Assembly (NCBI GenBank): GCA_047975735.1
Contig: JBKEEB010000016.1
Coordinates: 32,123 to 96,122, forward strand
Origin: Niabella sp.
GTDB taxonomy: Bacteria > Bacteroidota > Bacteroidia > Chitinophagales > Chitinophagaceae
Length of the DNA: 64,000 nt
Direction of reading: 5' to 3'
A program made the translations under genes and the position numbers. This document shows, piece by piece, positions 20,031 through 26,945 of this stretch. The number at the start of each line of letters is the position of its first letter. The first letter of the stretch is position 1. A model generated the notes under the pieces. That model was not told the origin of the DNA. It did no database searches and worked only from the letters and a program-made list of their open reading frames with translations.

Positions 20031-20804
20031 TTAGGCTTCTTTACCACCTTTTAATTCTTCCTGTAAACCGGTAAGCTCATCCCATTTGCCATCAGCAGCT
20101 AAAGCCGCTTGTTGTGGCCAAGTATCGGGTACTAAAGCATTAAAGTTGCCATCAGCCGCTTCTAAAACAGCCTTAATTTCTTCGGGAGTTTTAGCAGCTA
20201 AAGCAGCAAAAGTACCAAGACCTGCAGCAGTTAATGCTTCTGCAGCTTTAGGACCAATGCCTTCAATTTTGGCTATATCATCAGCCGCAGGTGCTTCTTT
20301 AACATCGGACTTTACTTCATCTGTTGTAGCAGTTGCTGCTTCTACAGGAGTTTCTGTCGTTTCAGCTTTTTTCTTACCACTACCACCGCGACGTCTGGTA
20401 CGTTTTCCGGCAGCTTTTTCTTCGCCAAGTCCTTTACCATAAATCTCGTTGTAGTCAACCAGTTCAATCATGGCTTTTTCTGCAGCATCGCCGGGGCGAA
20501 TACCTAATTTTATAATGCGGGTATAACCACCGGGACGACCAGCAACTTTTGCAGAAATATTGTTGAACAATTCAGTTACGGCAGATTTATCTTGCAGGTA
20601 ACCAAAAACAATTCTACGCTGGTGTGTTGTATTGTCCTTACTTTTTGTAATCAACGGTTCTACATATACCCGTAAAGCTTTTGCTTTAGCCAGCGTTGTT
20701 ACAATACGCTTATGCTCAATTAACTGGCAGGATAAATTGGATAATAAAGCATCTCTGTGTGCTTTTTTGCGGCTTAAATTTTTGATTTTGTCTCCGTGAC
20801 GCAT
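20031..20804 (-). CDS. rplQ: 50S ribosomal protein L17 with a ~130-aa C-terminal extension (basic linker plus helix-hairpin-helix-like domain)
   Basis: The N-terminal ~120 aa are canonical L17 ('[23 protein letters not shown]...[12 protein letters not shown]'). They are followed by a Lys/Arg/Ala-rich linker and '[35 protein letters not shown]...[17 protein letters not shown]'. Confidence 0.9.
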   Translation of the reverse strand: MRHGDKIKNLSRKKAHRDALLSNLSCQLIEHKRIVTTLAKAKALRVYVEPLITKSKDNTTHQRRIVFGYLQDKSAVTELFNNISAKVAGRPGGYTRIIKLGIRPGDAAEKAMIELVDYNEIYGKGLGEEKAAGKRTRRRGGSGKKKAETTETPVEAATATTDEVKSDVKEAPAADDIAKIEGIGPKAAEALTAAGLGTFAALAAKTPEEIKAVLEAADGNFNALVPDTWPQQAALAADGKWDELTGLQEELKGGKEA

Positions 20805-20899
20805 GACTTTTAGATTTATGATTTGGGTTTTTTTCTAAATCCAAACCAGTGAATAAATTCGGCTGTACCGTGTCAGGAATTACAGCCTACTTTTAAGAA

Positions 20900-20952
20900 T
20901 GAAAAATGAAGAGTGAAAAATGAAGATTCAAATATTAATTTTCATTTTTCAC
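20900..20952. repeat. three copies of tgaaaaatgaa (two direct, one inverted) in the rpoA-rplQ spacer
   Basis: tgaaaaatgaaga occurs at 20900-20912 and 20914-20926. The inverted copy ttcatttttcac is at 20941-20952, giving a 12-bp stem with 20913-20924. Confidence 0.85.
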
Positions 20953-20963
20953 GCATAATTATA

Positions 20964-21965
20964 TTAATAGTCGTCTTTATCGATGCCCAGTTTTTGCAAA
21001 TCCATACCAAAACCAAGGCCTCTTTCGTTTAATACCTGCTCAATTTCGGAAAGTGATTTTTGACCGAAGTTTCTGAACTTCATCAAATCTTCCTGCTCGT
21101 ATTGAACCAGCTCGCTTAAAGAGTTGATTTTAGCTGCTTTTAAGCAGTTAAAAGCTCTTACCGAAAGGTCTAAATCTTCTAAAGGCGTTTTAAGCATTTT
21201 GCGAAGTTGTAGCGTTTGTTCATCTACAATATCCTCTTTTTTCTCTTCCTTATTATAAAATGTGATGTTCTCATCAGTAATGATCATCAGGTGTTGAATT
21301 AAAATACGGCTGGCTTGTTTTACAGCCTCTTCGGGATGAATGGTTCCGTCGGTTGCAACTTCCATAATCAGTTTCTCATAGTCTGTACGTTGTTCTACAC
21401 GCGTATTTTCAACACTATATTTTACATTTTTAATAGGGGTGTAAATAGAGTCGATAGCGATATAACCAACGGGTGCATCTTTTACTTCGTTATCTTCGGC
21501 AGGAACATATCCGCGTCCTTTACCAATTGTTAGTTCTATATCTAATTTAGTAGAGGCATCTAACGTACAAATTACCAATTCAGGATTCATAATTTGGAAA
21601 GATTGTGTTCCTTCTTCAATCATACCGGCAGTAAACTCAGTTTGATTTTTTATAGATAACGAAATTTTTTAATTAGCTACATCATGATCTACTGTCTTTT
21701 TGAAACGTACTTGTTTCAAATTCAGGATAATTTCAACCACATCTTCGCTAATACCTTTAATGGTAGCAAATTCATGATCTACACCATCCATTTTAATACC
21801 TACAATAGCATACCCTTCTAAAGAGCTAAGCAATACACGGCGTAGCGCATTACCAATGGTTACGGCATAACCGGGCTCCAACGGGCGAAACTCAAACTGA
21901 GCTTCAAAGTCGGATGCTTTTTGCAAAATAATCTTATCGGGTTGCTGAAAATTTAATATTGCCAT
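20964..21965 (-). CDS. rpoA: DNA-directed RNA polymerase alpha subunit, interrupted by an in-frame TAA at 21669-21671
   Basis: The two ORFs (21669-21965 and 20964-21623) are in the same frame. Read-through gives '...[48 protein letters not shown]...', collinear with Bacteroidota RpoA. Total length is ~333 codons. Confidence 0.9.
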
Positions 21966-22023
21966 ATTTCAGATTTGTATAAATGATAAAATGAGCCGTA
22001 GCTACTACGCCTCATTTAAAAAA

Positions 22024-22629
22024 TTACTTACTGTACAATTCTACGATGAGTTGTTCCTTAATGTTTTCAGGAACACTTTCCCTTTCGGGGTGTGTAATGA
22101 AAGTACCTTTAAACTCCGTTTCGTTAAAGTCAACCCATCCGAATTTAGGATTTTTAGGGCGTACCTGACTAGTTATAGAGGAGTTGCTTTTACTTTTATC
22201 TTTTAAAGTAATTACATCACCTGGCTTTAACTGATACGATGGAATGTTAACAACATCGCCATTCACCTCAATATGTTTGTGGCTAACCAACTGGCGAGCA
22301 GCAGGGCGACTGGGTGCAATTCCCATACGAAATACAGTGTTGTCTAAACGGGATTCCAGTAATTTAATAAGGTTTTCACCGGTAATGCCTTTGCGGCGGT
22401 TAGCTTCTTCAAAAGTTTTGCGAAATTGTTTTTCCAAAATACCGTAGGTGTATTTGGCTTTTTGTTTTTCGCGAAGCTGTAAGGCGTACTCTCCAAGAGT
22501 TTTACGCTTGCGCTTTTCGCCGTGCATACCGGGCGGGTTACTGTTTTTACCCAACCATTTACCATTGCCTAAAATAGGCTCTCCGAAAATACGGGAGATT
22601 TTGGTCTTAGGACCATTGTAACGTGCCAT
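22024..22629 (-). CDS. rpsD: 30S ribosomal protein S4
   Basis: Starts 'MARYNGPKTKISRIFGEPI...' and has a C-terminal S4 RNA-binding domain. I chose the start at the conserved Met (22629). Confidence 0.95.
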   Translation of the reverse strand: MARYNGPKTKISRIFGEPILGNGKWLGKNSNPPGMHGEKRKRKTLGEYALQLREKQKAKYTYGILEKQFRKTFEEANRRKGITGENLIKLLESRLDNTVFRMGIAPSRPAARQLVSHKHIEVNGDVVNIPSYQLKPGDVITLKDKSKSNSSITSQVRPKNPKFGWVDFNETEFKGTFITHPERESVPENIKEQLIVELYSK

Positions 22630-22724
22630 AATTATACTTTCATTAAGCTTTTTTAAAAACCGGTACGTCAATCGTTAAAAAGCTTTACAAAAAATAAATT
22701 GAGTACCCTTTATTAAATGAACCG

Positions 22725-22877
22725 GCCTCCCCACCCCTGCCAATGGAGGGGCTACATTGAAGCCGTTTTAAATTTGGCAATAGAATCAATATTAAAAAAC
22801 TGACTCTATTATATGTAAAGAACTATTATAATAGTTAAGCTTCCAAAAGCCCTCCCTTTGGGAGGAATTAGGTGGGC
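22725..22877. repeat. ~150-bp segment bounded by inverted GC-rich ~28-nt repeats (MITE/REP-like) in the rpsK-rpsD spacer
   Basis: The left end gcctccccacccctgccaatggaggggc (22725-22752) is the reverse complement of a consensus shared with the right end gccctccctttgggaggaattaggtgggc (22849-22877) and with 45262-45289. The latter match is 22/28 identities by hand alignment. Each end contains its own small hairpin. Confidence 0.55.
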
Positions 22878-23279
22878 TTAAACTCTTCTCTTTTTAGGAG
22901 GACGGCAGCCATTGTGGGGTAAAGGAGTAACATCTTTAATCATTACAATCTCGATGCCGCTTTGTGAAAGAGAACGGATAGCACCTTCGCGGCCGCTACC
23001 GGGACCTTTTACAAACACATCTACTCTTTTAAGACCCGCATCTAATGCAACTTTGGCGGCATCTGCTGCGGCCATTTGTGCTGCATAGGGCGTATTTTTT
23101 TTACTGCCACGAAAGCCCATTTTACCGGCACTGCTCCAACTAATTACCTGACCACTTTTATTGGTAAGGCTAATAATAATGTTGTTAAAGGTTGCCGAAA
23201 TGTGCGCATCGCCGTATGCATCTACTTTTACAATTCTTTTTTTAGCGGCTGCTTTAGCACTTAATTGTGATTTTGCCAT
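22878..23279 (-). CDS. rpsK: 30S ribosomal protein S11
   Basis: 133 aa; contains '[14 protein letters not shown]' and '[18 protein letters not shown]'. Confidence 0.95.
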   Translation of the reverse strand: MAKSQLSAKAAAKKRIVKVDAYGDAHISATFNNIIISLTNKSGQVISWSSAGKMGFRGSKKNTPYAAQMAAADAAKVALDAGLKRVDVFVKGPGSGREGAIRSLSQSGIEIVMIKDVTPLPHNGCRPPKKRRV

Positions 23280-23316
23280 GAGAAATTGAGGTAATCTTTA
23301 AAATTAAATAATAAAA

Positions 23317-23332
23317 TTCTGCCGGGGCAGAA
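23317..23332 (-). promoter_or_regulatory. terminator-like hairpin ~37 nt upstream of rpsK
   Basis: The minus strand reads ttctgc-cccg-gcagaa followed by ttttatt. It lies inside the alpha operon, between rpsM and rpsK. Confidence 0.45.
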
Positions 23333-23402
23333 CTCCTAAACCCACTCTCCTCCTGCACCTGGTATCCGAGTTAAGTTTAGTGTTGATGGGTGCTTATAAT
23401 AT

Positions 23403-23432
23403 AATTGACAATTGAGAGTTCTCAATTGTCAA
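23403..23432. repeat. perfect 14-bp inverted repeat immediately downstream of rpsM
   Basis: attgacaattgaga-gt-tctcaattgtcaat, 8 nt from the rpsM stop codon. Confidence 0.85.
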
Positions 23433-23439
23433 TTATTTA

Positions 23440-23820
23440 TTATTTTTTAGCGGCTTTTTTCTTACCCGCAACAGTTTTACGTCTTCCTTTACGTGTACGG
23501 CTGTTAGTTTTAGTACGCTGACCACGAACCGGTAAGCCTTTTCTGTGGCGCAAACCACGGTAGCAGGCAATATCCAATAAACGTTTAATGTTCATTTGAA
23601 CTTCGGAGCGCAACTGACCTTCTACTTTCAACTCATCAGTAATGGTAGAACGAATGGCGTTTAAGTCATCATCATTCCACTCATGTACCTTCTTATTTCT
23701 GTCAATATTATTCTTATCAAGAATGTATTTGGCAGTAGAAGGACCAATACCGTAAATATAGGTAAGACCTATTTCGCCTCTTTTGTTTTTGGGTAAATCT
23801 ACACCGGCAATACGAGCCAT
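23440..23820 (-). CDS. rpsM: 30S ribosomal protein S13
   Basis: '[14 protein letters not shown]...[20 protein letters not shown]'. Confidence 0.95.
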   Translation of the reverse strand: MARIAGVDLPKNKRGEIGLTYIYGIGPSTAKYILDKNNIDRNKKVHEWNDDDLNAIRSTITDELKVEGQLRSEVQMNIKRLLDIACYRGLRHRKGLPVRGQRTKTNSRTRKGRRKTVAGKKKAAKK

Positions 23821-23850
23821 ATTTAAAATTTAGAATTTAAAAATTTACAA

Positions 23851-23967
23851 TTATCCCTGTCTTTGTTTAAAGCGAGGATTCTTTTTGTTAATAATATAAA
23901 GCTTGCCTTTGCGACGTACAATTTTGCAGTCGGCACTACGCTTTTTTATAGATGCTCTAACTCTCAT
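23851..23967 (-). CDS. rpmJ: 50S ribosomal protein L36
   Basis: Not in the ORF track because it is only 38 aa. Hand translation gives [38 protein letters not shown], lying between infA and rpsM as expected. Confidence 0.9.
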   Translation of the reverse strand: MRVRASIKKRSADCKIVRRKGKLYIINKKNPRFKQRQG

Positions 23968-23992
23968 CTTATTTAAATTTTATAATTTAAAA

Positions 23993-24214
23993 CTATTTTT
24001 TATACCGGAAATTAATCCTTCCCCTCGTTAAATCGTATGGCGACATTTCCAAACCAACCTTATCACCAGGTAAAATCCTGATATAGTGCATTCGCATTTT
24101 TCCGGAAATGGTAGCCAAAATCTCGTGACCATTCTCTAGCTTTACCCTAAACATAGCATTGGATAAGGCTTCCAGTATTACACCGTCTTGTTTTATTAAA
24201 GGTTGTTTAGCCAT
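23993..24214 (-). CDS. infA: translation initiation factor IF-1
   Basis: 73 aa; '[41 protein letters not shown]...'. Confidence 0.95.
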   Translation of the reverse strand: MAKQPLIKQDGVILEALSNAMFRVKLENGHEILATISGKMRMHYIRILPGDKVGLEMSPYDLTRGRINFRYKK

Positions 24215-24228
24215 AAAAATTTGGGCTG

Positions 24229-24236
24229 CAAAGATA
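24229..24236 (-). promoter_or_regulatory. candidate Bacteroidota -7 box (TAtcTTTG) for the infA-rplQ operon
   Basis: The minus strand reads cc-TATCTTTG-cagcccaaattttt-ATG, matching the TAnnTTTG consensus. The implied leader is very short. Confidence 0.35.
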
Positions 24237-24676
24237 GGAAGTTTTTATTAAAAATCAGAAATCTTTTATCTAAGGCTCTGAATCTGATTGAATTTTTATA
24301 AATATCTCATTCTAAGTATTCTGGGTTGCTTATTTTTTATATATTAGATTATACTTCAAAAAAGCAGAAGTGAACAAATTTCACTATAATAAATTTTATA
24401 TCAATAAATTAAACATAAATTAAAAAAACATGTAAAAATGCAACCGATTGAGCATCAATAATTTATAAAAGTACCATATATTTGTGTTCTCTGAAAATAG
24501 TTATTTAACTTGTTTCGTTGAACCAACCTTGTATATATTGTGATTAGTATATATTCAACCGAAACTAACTGCATATGAGCTTTTTTGAACCCCTATTAAA
24601 AACTTAGAGTGTGATTATTAACTAAGCACTTTTTTGAGTTTTACAAGACGCGCTCGAAAATCAATTTTATATAATA

Positions 24677-24714
24677 AAAATCCGGGTTTTCCATTACTGA
24701 ATAACCCGGATTTT
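24677..24714 (-). terminator. intrinsic terminator after the 24734-25126 gene
   Basis: Stem atccgggtt / aacccggat with A/T tracts on both sides; on the minus strand it is followed by ttttt. Confidence 0.65.
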
Positions 24715-24733
24715 ATTAAAATTGTTACTGCTG

Positions 24734-25126
24734 TTAATCAGCCGCTAACGGCACCTTGGTCATTTGTAAATAAAGGTTTTGCAATTCATGTACCATTAAA
24801 GGGCGGTCAAAATGGCGGTGATCATCACGATACCATAATTCGCTTTTCGAAAAATCGTTGATTGCAGGTACCGCAATTCTAAACGGCCCTTTACCATATT
24901 TTGCTCCGGTATCTGTTTCGTGCGGTTCAAAGCCTAATCGTTTTAACTGTGTAACATCTAATTCAATAGCCCCAATATGCTCCAGGTTATACCAAAACTC
25001 CTGAATGCCATTGTCAATGCATACTTCGTGTTCTTCTGTACTCACTCTTACCACAGTGCCCTCTCTTATGACACCTTCATCATCAACCTTTACCCAATCA
25101 CCCGGTTTTAAGTCTGTAAGTTTCAT
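24734..25126 (-). CDS. hypothetical cytoplasmic protein
   Basis: 130 aa from 'MKLTDLKPGDWVKVDDEGVIREGTVV...'. No recognisable family. The longer ORF to 25228 overlaps the divergent gene's start region. Confidence 0.55.
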   Translation of the reverse strand: MKLTDLKPGDWVKVDDEGVIREGTVVRVSTEEHEVCIDNGIQEFWYNLEHIGAIELDVTQLKRLGFEPHETDTGAKYGKGPFRIAVPAINDFSKSELWYRDDHRHFDRPLMVHELQNLYLQMTKVPLAAD

Positions 25127-25199
25127 AAAAAATGGTTTTAGTGTTCTTAAAGTTAAGAAACCCTTTTTAAATATGTTACTTTGTACAAAATTTATTTTT

Positions 25200-25694
25200 T
25201 TGAAAAGAATAGGACTTATATCTGACACGCACGGGTTTTTAGACCCTCTTGTTTTTAATCACTTTGAACAATGTGATGCAATATGGCATGCCGGCGACTT
25301 TGGAAGTATGGAAGTGGTAGAAGCATTACAAGCTGTAAAACCATTACAGGGCGTTTACGGGAATATTGACGGGCAAGACATCCGCAGCCTTTTTCCGGAA
25401 ACAAATATTTTCTTTTGTGAAGCAGTAAAAGTTGTGATGAAACATATTGGAGGGTATCCTCCCAAATACAATCCTGAAACCAAAAGAACTATTATAAAAG
25501 AAAAACCCACAATGTTTATTAGCGGGCATTCCCATATATTAAAAATAATGTATGATGATTCTTTACAATGCCTACACATGAACCCCGGTGCAGCCGGAAA
25601 ACAAGGCTGGCATAAAATGCGAACCCTTATCCGCTTTACCATTGACGGTAAAAACATAAAGGATTGTGAGGTGGTAGAACTGGGGCTTCGGTAA
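25200..25694 (+). CDS. YfcE/MJ0936-type metallophosphoesterase
   Basis: '(M)KRIGLISDTHG' from a TTG at 25200 (alternative ATG at 25173), plus 'HAGD', 'GNID' and 'SGHSH' motifs. Confidence 0.8.
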   Translation: MKRIGLISDTHGFLDPLVFNHFEQCDAIWHAGDFGSMEVVEALQAVKPLQGVYGNIDGQDIRSLFPETNIFFCEAVKVVMKHIGGYPPKYNPETKRTIIKEKPTMFISGHSHILKIMYDDSLQCLHMNPGAAGKQGWHKMRTLIRFTIDGKNIKDCEVVELGLR

Positions 25695-25699
25695 ATAAA

Positions 25700-26158
25700 T
25701 TAAATCCAACCTCTCCCCATACCCGCTTCTCTAAAAGGCCAGGGAACTGCAGCCAACATTATTAATAATGCTATAATATATAACACAGCTGTTTTGCTAT
25801 GCTTTTTGGCGTTAGAAATATTTTTCTTCCCATAGGAATTACCAATATGCACTAAAATAATTGCAATCACCATCATGGTAATATGTTCCACTGCATAAAA
25901 GCGCATTACAGAGTCCTTCATTACAGCACCCATACCGTTGTTTTGAATGGCGTGTAAACCATAACCACCGGTAAACCATTGGTATAACCCAATTAAAAGC
26001 ATAATATCACAAGCAATAGTTAAAAACAGTCCTGTTTTGCGGTCGGTACTGTTAAAAGTTCTGTTACCGGCACCGAAATTTCTAAAAATGGCTACAAGTA
26101 ATAGAAGCAATATAACCCATCTTAATATGCTATGTGTGTTCAATAAAATATTATCCAT
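25700..26158 (-). CDS. integral membrane protein (unknown function)
   Basis: 152 aa with about four hydrophobic helices. No family recognised with confidence. Confidence 0.55.
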   Translation of the reverse strand: MDNILLNTHSILRWVILLLLLVAIFRNFGAGNRTFNSTDRKTGLFLTIACDIMLLIGLYQWFTGGYGLHAIQNNGMGAVMKDSVMRFYAVEHITMMVIAIILVHIGNSYGKKNISNAKKHSKTAVLYIIALLIMLAAVPWPFREAGMGRGWI

Positions 26159-26274
26159 ATTGTTAATTGTTTAGTTTGTGATACCTGCGAAAATAAGCAT
26201 TTACAATGATTGCCTGAAAATTAACGCTCGTATATATTGAAAAAAAAATTACTTTGCAGCATAAATATTGACGT

Positions 26275-26922
26275 ATGGCAATAGTTGCACCTTCGCTGCT
26301 TGCAGCAAATTTTTTACAGTTAGAGAAAGAAATTGAAACCGTTAATAACAGCGATGCCGATTGGCTGCATTTAGATGTGATGGATGGCCGTTTTGTGCCC
26401 AACATATCTTTTGGCCCTATGATTATTGAATTTGTAAAAAAGAAAATAAAAAAAACCTGCGATGTACATTTAATGATTGTTGAACCGGAAAAATATGCCG
26501 AGCAATTTAAAAATGCAGGAGCTGATAATCTGGCGGTACATATTGAAGCCTGCCCAATGTTACATCAAAACATCACACAAATAAAATCATTGGGTATGAA
26601 ACCCGGTGTTGCAATTAATCCACATACCAATATTAATCAACTCAGCGATATTATTAATGATATTTATTTGGTAAACATCATGAGCGTAAACCCCGGTTTT
26701 GGCGGACAAAAATTTATTGAACACACCTATCAAAAAATAAGAGATTTAAAAAAACTGATTACTGAAAAAGGGGCTAACACATTAATTGAAATTGACGGTG
26801 GTGTAACACTTGACAATGCACAAGCAATTGTAGATGCCGGTGCCGATGTATTGATTGCAGGTAGTACCGTTTTTAATGCAAAAGACCCTATTGCAACCAT
26901 TGCGCAATTAAAAAAATATTAA
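26275..26922 (+). CDS. rpe: ribulose-phosphate 3-epimerase
   Basis: 'APSLLAANF', 'LHLDVMDGRFVPN', 'VNPGFGGQKF' and 'IEIDGG' motifs. Confidence 0.95.
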   Translation: MAIVAPSLLAANFLQLEKEIETVNNSDADWLHLDVMDGRFVPNISFGPMIIEFVKKKIKKTCDVHLMIVEPEKYAEQFKNAGADNLAVHIEACPMLHQNITQIKSLGMKPGVAINPHTNINQLSDIINDIYLVNIMSVNPGFGGQKFIEHTYQKIRDLKKLITEKGANTLIEIDGGVTLDNAQAIVDAGADVLIAGSTVFNAKDPIATIAQLKKY

Positions 26923-26945
26923 AATTAATTAAGCAATGGCTACAC

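Noticed and set aside
26163-26405. An 80-aa minus-strand ORF overlapping the rpe start.
   Set aside because: It overlaps the well-supported rpe gene and its promoter region, and it has no recognisable features.
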